From Girardia tigrina (lineage: Eukaryota), in the NCBI GenBank assembly GCA_001938485.1, contig MQRK01206548.1:26613-90612 (forward strand): a stretch of 64,000 nt of DNA. Reading direction: 5' to 3'. This document shows, piece after piece, positions 24,869 to 39,438 of this stretch. A program made the position numbers and the translations under genes. Within the stretch, counting starts at the first letter, position 1, and each line of letters opens with the position of its first letter. The notes beneath the pieces are model-generated. The model searched no databases and was not told the origin of the DNA. It was given only the letters and a program-made list of their open reading frames with translations.

Positions 24869-27675
24869 CATAAATATTTGACTATCTAATATTTATTAAA
24901 AGATAAACAAAAAAAATATAATATAATAAATATATAATATAAATAATTTAAAAAATAAATTTCAACTCACATTGAAAAATTCGAATAAAAGTTTTATAAT
25001 ATAAAGATATTTCAATTTGAAAAAAAATTATTTAATTAACAGTATTTTGTAAACATTGTCATACGATATTTGAATAATGTATTACGGGCATCAAGGTTCT
25101 GTCACAGCCCATATGGCTTGAAGGTGCATCAATCAAGACTAAATACGAACTCCGTATTCAACTTGTCAAAAGTAATTACTCCCACCGACATCGTAAAATT
25201 AATTTTGTACACATTACAACCAAGAATGAGGAAAAATAGTAAAATAAAAGTGTAAGTCTCTTTAATTTTCATTGAAAATAAGTCATGGAATTTACTCGGG
25301 GTTCAGTCTTCTATTAACAGCATTCTTTTATACAAATTTGGTCATTTGTCTTCGGGGAGACTCAAGTCAGACCATTAGGGAAAAAAATAAAAAAGGAAAA
25401 CAGATTCCCTATTGAGTTTTTTTAATAAAATAATAATGAAAAAAATTGTTTTTTTTCTAGACTCAATTTTGAGTTGGATTGGAAATGCAAAGGTGTTGAA
25501 AATTAATTTCAATAATTTTTTGTTAAATTTTTAATAATTTTTTTGGATAATTTTCAAATATTTTTTTTGTTTTTTTCGAAATATTATTTATTATTATTTT
25601 TAAAAAAATTAATAAAAAGAAATAAAGAAAAAATTAAAAAAACTTATTAAAAAAATGTTTTTTTGAAAAAGATAATATTTTTTTGTAAATTAAAAAGAAC
25701 GAATATTTTTTTAATATAAAAATCGTGTTTTTATATTTTATTAATTGTTTTATTGAATAAATAAAAGAAAAAGTTTTTTAATAATCCGATTAAATGAAGT
25801 AATTTTTGTTTTTAATTTCTTTTTGCAACTAAGAATACACTGTTAATCGTGTTTTATATTCTGTAAATATATAATTTTTAATTTGAACTATTTGTCAATA
25901 TTAAAACAAAAAAATTTTCAATTTCTGTTGTAAACAAATATATTATATCCTATTAAATATTATATAATTTTATACATTATATAAAATTATATTATATTAT
26001 ATTATATTATAAATGCAGAGATAGTTTGACTTTTCCACATACATTAAAATATTATTTATCAGTAATATTTTTATGTTTTGAATTTCTTATGATATTTTCA
26101 AATAATAATAATATAATTTTAATATATTTCGTTATTTTTATTCATTTCTAGACCTTTGAATTTTTTTCTGAATTGTTTTCATTTTCATATTAAAAAATAA
26201 AAATAAACTTTTCACCGTCTTGTAAATAATTTTATATTCTCAAACGTTAATCATAAAAATGGTAAAAATATGTAAAAAATTTAATAACAAAATATAAAAA
26301 ATATAAAATTTAATTAAAAATATAAAACTCACATGTTCTTCGAATGAAATCTGTTTTTACCACAACTTTCGTTGAATCTCTCAAACAATTCTTTTTATAT
26401 GATTTTCCTATATTCTTATTGGATTAAAAAGTAAACTAATAGCGTCTGGAATATTATATTTTTAATAAATAAATTTAATATTTCTATTTAATTAGCTGCC
26501 GTAATTATATGTTGTTTTTTCGATTAAAATAGAATATCTAAATAAGAATATAGAAAATTAAATAAAATATAAAAAATATTAAAAAAATGTTCAATAATTA
26601 TAATAGAATGAAGACTTTATTTTATCAAAAAAATTAAATAATTCCTAAAATTAAACAATAGGTCAAAGTTAATTTGTTGATAGATGCCCCCTACCTAAAT
26701 CCATGATTAATATTTTATCATTATAATTTTTTTAATTAAATAAACAATAATCATAAATATTTTAAAGGAATAATGTAATATTGATTTTAATAAGTAATTA
26801 AATTGTTTGAATAATCTAATATTGAATATTTCTCAACCTATGCTCTATATTTGAGAGCTAAGTCAGATACTGTTGCGTTCATTGTCACTCCCCAACAAAA
26901 TAAACATCAAATCAATCAACAATTCGACAATCAATTCATCAACCAACCTATTCAACAAGAAACTCAAACCCAAATTCCAACAAAATCTCGAATCAAAGAA
27001 AAAACATTTTTGTGATATTAATTAATGAAAAAAACTTGTATAATTTTTCTATATGAAGTTTTTGATCCGTGTATTTTTCCAGGAAAATCTTTTCAGTATT
27101 TATTGTTAATATTGACTATTTATGACACTATTTAAATGTAACGAGTTGGTTTTATCATTCCAAATAAATATTTTACAACCTCGAATTTCAAACTTTTTAA
27201 TCTGCCGTCATTTCACTTACGGCGTTTCCAAACGTCCGACAGGCATAATCGAATTATTTGGGTGAACATCACCTGAACATCAAACCATCACAATACAACC
27301 ACAAACCATATACTACATTTACCACAAGACAACCTGACTAACACTAAAAGTTGTTGCATAAATAATCCTAATTGTGATAATGGGGCCTTGCACCTCCCCG
27401 ACTGTTTGGATACCTGCCTAGCAATATTGGCGAACAAGGTGTTGAATCATAGACTTTTTTCAGAGTAAAAACACTGAATCAAAACAGAATTAACTTTGAT
27501 GGTTCCTTAGGACTACGGATGCAGGGCACTGATCTTTCTATATTTCATTTTCACTTATGACTTATGAAAGACCAGTTGTGATCAAGTGTTTAATGATTTT
27601 AAAAGCCTCTTTCTTAACCGTATTTGTAGATAATTTTATAATCAAAATGATACATAACTGTAATGGTATACTATG

Positions 27676-28215
27676 CAGTGCCTTTTTTAACATATTGACT
27701 GGGGAGGGGGGAGCATTTGCACTCCCAGTGACCAAAAATGCTTCCCCCGGTCCAAGGCAAAAGTGATAGACTGGGGAGCAATTTTTTTTAAAATCGATTT
27801 TTAAAGCAACCTTTCTATTTTTTGGGATCATAATCTGATGCTTTTGCAACAACAGATGATTTAAACTTAGCTGTTCTAGCTGAAGAATCAACCAAAAATA
27901 CACATTATGGTCCCTTCGCAACAGAAAAATCCATAATCAGCACTTCTCATAGTACTATGGAATGATATAAGCACAGAAAATTGAATGTAAAATGGTAAGT
28001 AGGGACTGCTTGGAAGCATTTATGTTTGTACCTGCTGATGGGAAACGTTAAACACTATATTAAATGTAGAGCGTGTGAAAAGTTTGTGAATGTAGCTTGC
28101 AAGTTTACTCACAATTGCATTGTTTACTTGGCTTATGGCTACCGTGCATATACAACTGTAAAAGTGAAGGCTGTTATAGATCACCTTGACTCAATCTTTC
28201 ATAAGGCAGCAGTGT
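27676..28215 (+). mobile_element. hAT-like element left end with zinc-finger relic; related end at ~41585-41680 (-)
   Basis: CAG(T/G)G..TTTTTTAACATATTGAC terminus and GTGATAGACTG shared by both copies. CRAC...HLDSIFH zinc-finger pattern. Confidence 0.55.
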
Positions 28216-29179
28216 GACCATCGGCTGGACGGATTGTTGTGTGTAACCGCGTCCGCAATACTGTTGACTTGATAGAGTTCGATGCATTTGTTTGTGACCG
28301 GATGACCGGCACCTAAATCGTAAAACCACTTACACGACAAAGGTTGATGTTCAACCTGATTAGTCCAAGATGTAATTTTAATAGACGTAACATTCTATTT
28401 ATTCGATTGCTCCATCTTGACAGTCTTTTGTATGTGGTATTTAATGAGAACGAGAATTTTCCATGAACGTTTATTGTACGATACAGTATCAAATTGATCC
28501 TCCATATTCCACCACTAAACAGATTGGTTTTTGTAATTTGAATTTGTGCTTTTTATTAATTGTTAATATAGTTTTAGATTTTTATTAATTTGTTAATTCA
28601 GTTCTTGAATTTTAAATAATTTTTAAAATGTTGTGGAGTTGGCGTATACAACAGAAATGAATTCTCCATTGGAGGAATTTCAACATCCCTCATTGATTTT
28701 AAATTACAAAGACCCAAACTGCTATTGAGAAATATTGATCATAGTTGCTGGAGAAGTTCAAAAGGAACTCACTCGTAAGCTATAGGATTTTTTTGCTTAC
28801 GTAGTACAAGTTGATAGCAACGTCAATCGGTAAATGGTGGATTACAAGTAAGTCTCTGTGAGAATAGTATCAAAAGAGCGTGAAGTAAAGAACGTCTTCA
28901 AAGTCTTCAAAGAACCTCAACAAGCCATTGGACTGCTCAGGCTCTTAAGACCATGGTCGCACCAACTTCCAAGTTGATTGGTGTTAAAACAGATATCGAA
29001 AGAGCAGGAATTATACAGGAATTACCAAGTAAAACAAAAATGAAAAAATATAAATCAATAATGGGTGTAAATAACCTGACTTTTATAAGAAAATCACACA
29101 GAAAAATTTGCAAAAAATATTTGATAAAAAAATGGTTAAAAGAATTAAATTTTTGGAATCCTCAATTGTTAAACAAACT

Positions 29180-29373
29180 TTGTATATGAAGCCGATTGTA
29201 ATATTAAAAAATAAAAACAATTAAAACTGTTGGCTCAGTTATTGTGGTTCAAATTAATAATAATGGAATAACTATTCATCGCGAACTTCCAAAATATCAA
29301 TTTTCCATCTGGGTTGGAGAAACGCTCTTCCAAATACTAAACTCAACATACCAATTTCAAAATATTCCTCACA
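29180..29373 (+). repeat. TGTGAG-terminal repeat copy (partial)
   Basis: AACTATTCATCGCGAAC..TTCCATCTGGGTTGGAGAAA..AATATTCCTCACA, nearly the same as 36487-36617. Confidence 0.65.
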
Positions 29374-32300
29374 ACGTCACTACAGTAACTAAAACTATGA
29401 GCTCTGTGAAATATACAGCGAAATAATACTTTTAACCCATTAAGTACCAAGTTTTTTTTATAATTCGTTGATGTGGTTTTTAAATTTAATTCTTCTGCAA
29501 TGTTAAAAAATAGGAACATTGGTACAATATGAAAATATTATTTACTTCAAGGAATGTAATATTTATTTTAAAAAAGGTTAATGTTAACATTTGAAAACAT
29601 TATACTTAATGGCTAAACAAAGTTAGAACTGGGAAAGAAAGTATCTTGACAATGACTTTTTCGTATTCAGAATTAAATACCTAAATACTAAACCGGGGTT
29701 CACTTAGAAGAACATCATGACCTTTTTTGTGAATTTGACTCATAAGAACCTTGGCTCAAATCATAAGAACCTGATCAAATCATCTATGATAAACTTTATT
29801 ATTAAATCGAGTACAAGTCGACCTCATCAAGAGAAGAACAGGTCTGATCAACAAAAACAAAATTAAACTCTGAAAAGCCCAAACTGCAGTCAGAAAAAAG
29901 AACCAAAGAAAAGCTCAGCAGCTAAGATATAAAGGTTCACTATACCATCCATATATCCTTTACAAAGTATCCTCTGATTACTAATTTATGTCCTGTGAGC
30001 ATAAATCTGAGAAATAACAAATTTTCACAGCAAAAAGGAAGATTTATTTTGTCAAAGCCAGCATCATTTTAAAAGAGGTATCCGAATTTTGATAAACTTT
30101 AGAAAAGAATTCAAAGGTTCTGAAGGTAATTAGATTAGATAAATAATAAGGACAATAACATTAATTTGCCTGTAATTAAAAGTAGTCTTCAGTATCGCTA
30201 ATAGTCTCATGATTCTGAAGGGACAAAGAACGACTCATGAAGATTCCTGGGGATCCCATATCTAGATGCTTATCTATGAATCTATGATACCATTTAAGGA
30301 AGCCGTTCAAAACAAAGGATATTTTTGATCAGAACATTATTGCTAATAAAGACGTTAATTGACTTGGAAAGAGCAACTAAAAGTCTAATTGATCTTGCCA
30401 CAACATTAAAAAAAACTATTGAATAGAGTAAACAAAATTACGTTTGAACTTGAATAATAAATAGCACTGCCGAAATGATGAGCAAATAATTACAAAAAGT
30501 AGCAAATAATAACAAAAGTTTTCTTCATTCATTTGTAAATTATCTTCTAAAGAAGTTATAATATTATAATAATATAAAAAAAACAGTAATTAAGTCATAA
30601 AAATGGTACATTTTGTGACGGAAAAAAAGTTTCAAACCGATTTTTGCTCCATAAAAAACCGATTTGTCAAATCTTTTTCAAATGATTTTTATTTCCTGAA
30701 TACAAGAAATATAAAATAATTAATGAACAATTTATTTTGATGAACAAAAATTAATTTTTGTGGTGTTAGCAGCTCGGGCAAAGTTGAGGCATAGCGTCGT
30801 TGGTTGGGGGTATCTGGATGATGGAGAAATTATAACATTTAGATTGCTTCGGTGGGAGACGTTCCCGGGTTTCCCAATCGCTGGTCAATGTCTCTTTTTA
30901 ATTTGATTCATGAGGTCTGTTAGGGATTAAATTGGAAGCTAAAATTTTTGATGTTGTAAATTAATTTAAATGAATAATAATAATGTAAAATTCTTTAAGA
31001 AAATTTTATCATAATAATTAAGTTAAATAATTAAACTATTTTTATGTATATAAATATTTGTACTATGTATGGTTGGTAATTTAAATAAATTGGTTCCTCC
31101 AAAAAATAACTGAATATTAAAATAAAGAAATTGTTTTAATATTCAGAGTTTGGGAAAAAATTTCAAGAGTAGAAATTTGTTTATAGAAATAAATTTTTAC
31201 CAAAACGTTATTTACTTTTTTTATGGAGTATTCGGCCGTTCCGACAGAAGATAACAAGGTCGATTCGCGATTCAAACCTGCAACTATTTTTCATCAACTA
31301 AACCGTGAAAATATCACTTCTATTTATTTTCAATTTTTCATTAGATCCGCGAATCTTAATCATTTTAAGCTTTTCTGGAGCTGAAACGCTTGACATAGAC
31401 ATTCATTTTCTCAAACAATAACAATTTCCGAAATATTATTCAACAAAAACAATCGTCTTTTACAAAAATTCTATGATCTGAGTTTTTTAATCCCTATGGA
31501 AATCGATAAATTAAAATGGAGTTCAATAAAATATGTATTTCTATCACATCAAAAAAATACAAACATTTTTTAAAGTAGCCTAGAAAAACTAAAGCATGTT
31601 TTCTTTTAATTTCAATTTAATCAAAGATAAATTCAGATTTAATACAGATTACAATAAAATTAGTTCAATTGATAAAATTGCTTAAATTGTTCAATGATTA
31701 TTAAAATTTGAAATTAATTTAACAGTATTTTATTACAATACAAGACATTGTCTTATGTTTGTGATATTAAATTACCTTATAAAAACAACAATTTTGTAAC
31801 ACAACTGCAGCACTGTAGAATTAGTGAAGTTAATAATATCAGACACTGGTGATTCCGGGAATTATGTTGCCTCGACTTTGCTTGGATGATGAGGCCATAC
31901 TGTTTAGTAATCGTATTTGCAGCAAATCGGCGCAACGAGTAGTTAATGTACTTTATTTTTTAGCATGACGCTTGGATTAGCTTTATATATATTATAATAT
32001 TTAAACTTATTATTTAATTATATATATAATGGTGCTGGCCTTCAAATCTGACTGAGAAGGTCAGTGCCCGTTTCTCGTGCGGGATCTGACTGGCACCTGT
32101 TGGTGCTCCGACGAATAGCAGTCATCGGTCCGACTCGCTGTGACTTCCCGAAACGTGAACTCGTTCTCGTGGCCGCCAGGACAATTCCAGGCAGCTTGCA
32201 ATCGACCAAGCCGACCGACTCTCAACCCGAAAGTGCGACTATGGCGGCTGTATATGTGTGCCGGGTACCACCAAAGTGTATGAGGCGGTTGTGTTGGCAA

Positions 32301-32490
32301 ACCAGTCGTTTCGGGTCGATGTGCGCCAGTGCGAATCGTCTTCATTTTTTTTATTCAAAGTAAATAAACAACATGGTTGAGAAGAATATATTTTAGTTAA
32401 TGAAATTCGAAATTGGGTACAAAAATTATTTTTCATTAATTCATTTAAACAATAGTTTTTTTAATTTCGATCGTTTGACCAGATCACTAC

Positions 32491-32538
<48 letters not shown>

Positions 32539-33599
32539 TAATTAATTAAATTCAGCAAAACAAAAATTATAATTTTGAATTTACGAAATTCATAACCCCT
32601 GATATAGAGTAATCATTACTAGCATATGTATTTGCCACTTTAGATTTACTTGATTTTATGTTCTGACTATGATGTAGAGTTGCTGGAACTTTCAATTTTT
32701 CCTGTTGATCTGTGGATAGCTTCTCAAACAATTTCATCAGACATGAGCCTACCAACGCATGGAAAATGATCGGAATTCCCTTCTAATTCAGGGGTTCTTC
32801 ATTGAAGGCAATGTGCTTGTATGCATTTGACCTAAATTGTTTCTGTCTTTGTAAAATGGTTGATACCTGGTATATTACTATCTCAATCTACCATGCAGCT
32901 TTATACTAGAATGACTAAATTTTGATCGTAGTCGAAAATTAGGTGGTCTTGGAATAAAGCACATTCCATTATTTTATCTTTCTATGAAAGTCGTAATCAA
33001 GTTCAGTTGTTTCTCACAAAATATCCTGCATAAAATACTTGAAATAAGTAGTAAAATTGTGGAGTAGTTCAACTAATTCCTTTTAGTAAGTTTTTTATCT
33101 CTGCCAATTTTACGTAAAGCTGATTCTCCCCTTGGTCAAGCCCCTTGAGTATTCTCAAACTCATTCTGTCCCTTAAACCAGCTTTTAGAATAATGTCGTG
33201 CCAAAACGTTTTTAATTATTAGGGTTAAAGGCCTTATTAGTCTTATTTTGAACATGAAGAATACAGTCGATAACTTTCTAAAAATGTTTTTTTTATTTCT
33301 GACTGTTGAAATGTGTAACAATTGTTGTAACTGTTCCAATGTAAGTGTGAAACAACTTGAGTAACATGGAGGAGAATTTCTGGATTATAGGATCACGAAA
33401 GATGAAATACCATTCGGTTTGTATGTCTCGTAAAGCAAATGACATTCTGCAAAATGAAAACTATCTAATCATTGTGCACAGTGTATAGGTTGTCACTGAA
33501 TCTTTCACAATTGTTAATCAATCTTGGCAATGTTTTGAGACTGTCAAGGAATCAGGGAAATTGATATTCATGACAAAGGAAGGTACTTCTTATTCTGAG

Positions 33600-33900
33600 C
33601 TACTCAATCGAGTTTGCCAGCTACACCCCGTCTATACTTAACATTTCACAAAAGAAACATTTGTGTCTTCAAATTGTTGTTACACCCACTATACAGTCCG
33701 GATTTGGCTCCCAGTGATTTTATACTATTTAACATTCTGAAGAAGAGTTTTAAGGATCATCATTTTCCTACGACACCGAACCGAAAAAAAAACTCAAGAA
33801 TATTTTCGTTTTAATAAAAATTTCTTTCAAAATGTATTTGATAACTTCATATGTCGTTTGCGAAGCGTGAACTGCAAAAATAGTCATATTTGTTGAGAAT
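33600..33900 (+). mobile_element. Mariner C-terminal relic
   Basis: LLHPLYSPDLAPSDFILF..LKK. Confidence 0.75.
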
Positions 33901-35013
33901 AAAATCTCTATTGTATTGTAATTCGGTAATAAAAAGTTAATTTCGTTTCCGTTTTCTTCTCTATCCGAGTCTGAAGATTTATGACCGCATTTTATATACA
34001 CAATTAGCAATCAATAAGAGATGTTTGCGGTTACTCTGATTGAGTTTTCAATTCTTTCAGCTTTGACGGCTTTTGGAAACTTGAAAACAGAAAACATTAA
34101 AACTAAATAGGAATACTACAGAATTCAAGATTCAAAATTGTTGTTTTCACAAATATTTTGCAAATCAGGCAAGATGAAGCTTAGTTTTTTAAATTCTTAC
34201 ATAATGTCCTGTACTGAAGCGTTCGGATTCTGACAATTCTTAAAATGGCAAAGAAGTTTAATTGTTAGAAACATGGAGTGATACTATCTGCAATCATTAG
34301 GCATGACTTGGTGAAATGGTTACATCAGTTGTACCATCGCCTTCAGAATCATCCGTTTCCTTCATCGACATAAAAATAATTACTCATTTGTCTGAAGTTA
34401 TCATTATAAATCAATAGTTGTCTTCAAATTTATTTTTTGTCAAGCTTTGCAAGCATTAGTGGAGCTGAAAATTGTTCATTGACCGAACATTTTGCCAAAA
34501 TTTTAGGTAAAAGTAAATTTTAATTAAAGTAAATAAAAACTTAAAATAAAGTGAATTAGAAAACGCCATTTTAAAATACTTTTTTTAATAAAGCAATATA
34601 TTTCGACGGAATATCCGTCATCATAAGGCAATTCTGATTGTAGCTGTTAAGCTTATATATATTAAAATGATGATTGTGTAATTATTTATGCAATTACTGT
34701 TTTACGCAAAAACTTTCAATAAAGTTGATGAGTCACTTGATTGGTCATTAATTGCTGGATTAACCACTTTAATTTTTAATGCCTCACACGAAACTCTTTC
34801 CCAATATTTTTTAAAATTGCTGCATAAACTTTAAAATTATTTATTTCAATAGACTATTTACAAAGTTTCTGAATTTCTTGAAATAAATAATTTTAAAGTT
34901 TTATAATTTATAATAATAATATATATAATATAATAAATTTGAAATTATTCGTGTTCAATAAAAAAAATGACTTCGTCTTTTTTTCTTTTAAAAAAGGAAT
35001 CAGATATACGTAA

Positions 35014-36617
35014 TGTGAGGAATATGGGGTGTAAAATTGTTTTTGTAGTGTTTGCATGTTTGAATGTTGTGTGTTGATTTGGGATTGTGCGTCTCCTAAT
35101 CAGATGGATGATTGATATTTTTATTCCTATAATCTGAAATTAATTTATTTAAATTTAGATTTAATATTCAAATTTTTATTTTTATTATTGCAACTTTTAA
35201 ATAATTTTATTGATTTTATTTTTGTAATTTTTTAAATAATTAAAATCAAATTAATGTTTAAAAATGACAATAGAAATATTTTATTTAAGCCAATAAAATA
35301 TAAATTAAATATTTTTTGATAAAATAATTTTATCAAGTATAGTTCAGATTATAATGGGAGATATTGAAAATTGAGTGATGGATTATAGTGAAAGCAATAA
35401 TATTGATCATCATAAAGATGATAAGATATGTGAATGTAATAAATGTTCTGTCAAATGCGTGAGTTCTCTAAACACGTGAAAATGCTGATGCATTTATTGA
35501 ATTATATGAAAGAACGGTGAGTAAAACTGATTATAAAAAGGTCTTTACATTAACATTCTGCTGAAGCATAACAGTCAAAGAGCCCGAACTGTAGTGATCA
35601 TCAGCTCGAGAAAAATAAATTTTACTGATTTACAGGAAACAATCTACTCCTCACCGATTAACGAATCATTTAGCGATATTAAACTTTTTAATCGCGATTA
35701 TTTGCGTTTTTCAGTTGATGATCGCCTGATAAAAAATGAAAATTTGTTACGAATCCGTGGTTGAATTAGTGGAATGTGTTCCAAAAGAAATGTCGATTCT
35801 ATTTGCCTGCGATCAATCGATCCATGAACATTTGGAATCAAAACAAGCGACTTTTAAACAATTTGCCGATTTTTTAGTTTTCATTTTGATCTCTGACAGT
35901 TTAAAAATGATCAATTCATCTATTCAAAATAATTTGAGCTACTATCAAAGATGTTGGTCAAGTAGACGGGTTTATGAAAAGGAACCAATCAAAAGGTCAC
36001 GACCGGCGATCCCGCACAGGATTCTTATATTCAATTAGTTTTATTTACCAAACACATTTGTTCTTTTAAGAAAGAATATTCAGTAAAATTCTGGATGGTC
36101 ATTATTAAGAACACCAATATGCTTTCCATACATTTATTTTCCTCATAGTTCGAATTGTCTTTGGGACAATTCTCAGCCAAGCTTTCGTAGTTTGACATCT
36201 CACTTAATAGATAAGATTTCGTTAATGTATCGTTAATAAACAATTATTTGAAAAACTTTTCGTTTTAATTATTTTCAGATTTTATGTTCAAAATTCTACT
36301 TTTAATTTTGTTAATAATTTTATTTAAAAATTAATTTAATTTTAAATTGATTTACAAAAAAATATTTATTTAATCAATTTAAAAATAAGTTAAAAATTAT
36401 TTTCTTTATTAAAATTTGAAACGATTTAATATTTTTAAAAGTTTTTTAATGTCTTATTTTGTAATTTAAAATGCAAATTATGCTCGAACTATTCATCACG
36501 AACATTCGAAATATCAATTTTCCATCAGGGTTGGAGAAAGACATTTCCAAATTTAATTGCTCAACATAAAAAATTCAACAAACCAAATTCAACATAATAA
36601 ATTTGAAATATTCCTCA
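35014..36617. repeat. Two oppositely oriented TGTGAG-terminal repeat copies enclosing an unidentified coding-like fragment
   Basis: TGTGAGGAATAT at 35014 with CTCCTAATCAGATGG. CCATCAGGGTTGGAGA..AATATTCCTCA ending at 36617. Confidence 0.65.
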
Positions 36618-37875
36618 GTCATCATTTTCAACTTTTATTTAAAAAAAACAGAAGATCTTATTATTGTCAAATTAACCTTATATTTCATTGAAGAAGGAAT
36701 TGATGAAAAAAATTGTATGCTTCCCTTCTTGTTAAGAAACTTGGATGAATCTCCAGGGAAATTAAGCTTGCTATTTCTTCTTGACACGAATGTCATTTCT
36801 AATTTATTTACTGTAGTAATTTTCTTGGCAAATATATCTTTAGGTTGATGAAACTGGTGAACATATTATCGTATTTCATTGTTAAATAGAGGAATTCTGC
36901 ATAGTTTAATTGACCAAAGTTGAAACTAAAAAAGCCTTCTTAGATGAAAGCATTATTCGGTGAAGGAATTTTGAAACAGTTCTAAGCAAGCTTGTGGAAG
37001 TAATTTCAGTCAAGCACAGAACTTTACTTCAAATTACATAGATTGGTATAGGAAGAACTACCCTATAGTAGTCATATTTTTAATTTTGGATTATGAATTC
37101 AATGAATGATTAATTGCAATATTTTTCAGATTAATATTAATTTTCCGTTCATTTTGTGTCATCAAATGAAGCTTGTAGAACACAATCATCCATGTCTTCC
37201 AAGGGATTATTCCATTTACAAATATCACTTCGTCAATATCTCCACATCATCAAAATAAATATTAAATATCTCATAAGTGTTAATCGAAAAATTCGTCTCG
37301 AGAAAATAATATTTGTCAAAGTTCTGAAATATCGGCCACTCTCAAAAACCGTTTATCGGCTCAACCAAAACGACCTATTGCCAACCTGAATCTGGCCACT
37401 GCTCACAAATCGTTGTAGACGACCGGGAACCAGTCACGGATTTTCACTAAATCAGATGATACTCCACACGAGTTACGAAGAAATTTTTGATTGTTTTTTC
37501 CCCATTTCGAATCAGATCTATTTGTTTTTAATCATTAAAAATTCAGGTAAACAAACAGAGAAAATGTTGCGTAAGTGAATGTTGTTTATTTTCACGATAC
37601 CGATTTATCTAACGAATTGATCAATACTTTTCAACATTTGAAAAACTGTAAGATTTGAATTTGTGCTTTGAAAATAACGTATTATAAAAACAAATTTCTC
37701 TTTAAAAATGTATTTCATCATGAACACTTACAATTCTTAAATAGAAACACAAAACTTTTACAAATTTATGCAAATAAGCAACTTCGCATTTTTATAAATA
37801 TAAATATGTTGACGTTCTCTGTTGTTTATAAAAATCAATGAAAGAACACAAAGGATTTTTAATTTATATTTTAGT

Positions 37876-38217
37876 ATTGAGTAATTATTATTTAAAACTA
37901 TTATATTATTTTATATAATTGTACTGAAATAGTACAACTAAATTATAAACAAGAAGATCCGAGTTGTCGTTAAGGCTCTCGGTTTTCAAATATAAAATCG
38001 GCCAGGGACCAAATAAAATATAAATCTCTTTTATTATAATTTGTAATTACAAATTATAATAAAAGAGATTTATATTTTATTTGGTCCCTGGCCGATTTTA
38101 TATTTGAAAACCGAGAGCCTTAACGACAACTCGGATCTTCTTGTTTATAATTTAGTTGTACTATTTCAGTACAATTATATAAAATAATATAATAGTTTTA
38201 AATAATAATTACTCAAT
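37876..38217. repeat. Perfect 342-bp palindrome (two 171-bp arms, no spacer)
   Basis: Base-by-base reverse complement about the axis 38046/38047. Confidence 0.97.
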
Positions 38218-38451
38218 TCAATTACTTAGTAGTTTTTATTCTATTTTGAATTCTTTGCAGCTCAAATATAATCGTTCTATATAAATATAATCATACTATT
38301 TCAGTATAGCTTATTCTATTGTTCTAATTTCTGATCTTAAACGATCGTTTATATACTTTGATAAAATAAATAATCAACTTCCGTTGATCATATTATTTTT
38401 TGATTACTTTGACTTTTTCGAAAAAAAACATCGGTTTTAGGATACTCAGAT

Positions 38452-39050
38452 GTTCTTCTTTCTTTTTGACCTTAACCGTTGGGCTGTGGGTGCACCCAAT
38501 TATAAACAAGCCTTTGCCACATCTCTCTATTTGTAGCTTTTTTTCTCAAACATTCCGGGCTCAATCCACGCCATTCTTTTAAATCGTCTATCAATTGCCT
38601 CTTTGGTCTTCCTCTTGGTCTTTATCCTTTCACTCTTCCCTCAATCATTACCTTTGCTAGTGTTTGTTTTCTTATTTGATGTCCGTAGAATTTCAGCTTC
38701 CTTCTCTTGATGGTCTCTTCTATTGATTCTGGTCTTTTACCTAGTATTTCTGTCAATCTCCTCCAGACAAATTCGTTTGTCTTCTTTTCTTTCCACGTGA
38801 TCTTCAGCATTCTCCTGTAGCACTTCATTTCAAACGCTTTAAGTCTATCCATGCTCTTCTGATTTATTGTCCAACTCTCGCATCCATAAAGGAGTGTTGC
38901 CCAGACAATAGCCTTATTGATCTTTATTCTGCTCTTGAGATGAATTTTTTAGAGGTTAAACAATGTGCTAAGCTTAATCATTGCGCTTGTTGCAATACCA
39001 TTCCGACTTTTGATTTCTTCTTCGCTTCCCCTGTTCTCTGTGATAGTAGA
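38452..39050 (-). mobile_element. RTE-clade LINE, 5'-truncated 3' end
   Basis: EEEIKSR..LLYGCESWT..LKAFEMKCYRRMLKITW..TNE..RRKLKFYGH..EGRVKG.RPRGRP, ending in an AAG-rich tail. Confidence 0.93.
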
Positions 39051-39068
39051 ACAACAATTCGTACAATT

Positions 39069-39335
39069 ATGGTTTACCTTCCCTGCTTTGTTATACCGAT
39101 CGTCTTGTACATCTTCTATCGGTTCATTCGGCCCGTTCTTGCCTTATTTATCGAAAAATATAAAATAAAAAAAAGCGAAACCAGTCGATATAAATGACAA
39201 CACGATCGATACGAATGGGAATCGTTCACGAATCGATTCAGATACGATTGTAACGAAGAGATTGGTGTCGATTCAATAATAACGATTGTATTTATTCAGG
39301 TACCGTTGATATACGGCGATAAGAAGGATCAATGA
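39069..39335 (+). pseudogene. C18orf32: UPF0729/C18orf32-like small membrane protein (frameshift in an A-run; 50-bp intron 39250-39299)
   Basis: MVYLPCFVIPIVLYIFYRFIRP matches [22 protein letters not shown]. After a 1-nt shift and removal of a GT..AG intron it ends DKKDQ*. Confidence 0.7.
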
Positions 39336-39438
39336 AGATATTTTTTTAAATTATTAGAGATAAATTTTGTTTGTGTAAATAAATTGATTCTCAAACGTCC
39401 CGGATGTCAAAATTAATAATTAAATCCAAATTGAAATG

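Noticed and set aside
31220-31500. Possible WD-repeat gene 5' fragment (MEYSAVP..FKPATIF)
   Set aside because: Similarity is too weak to name without a search.
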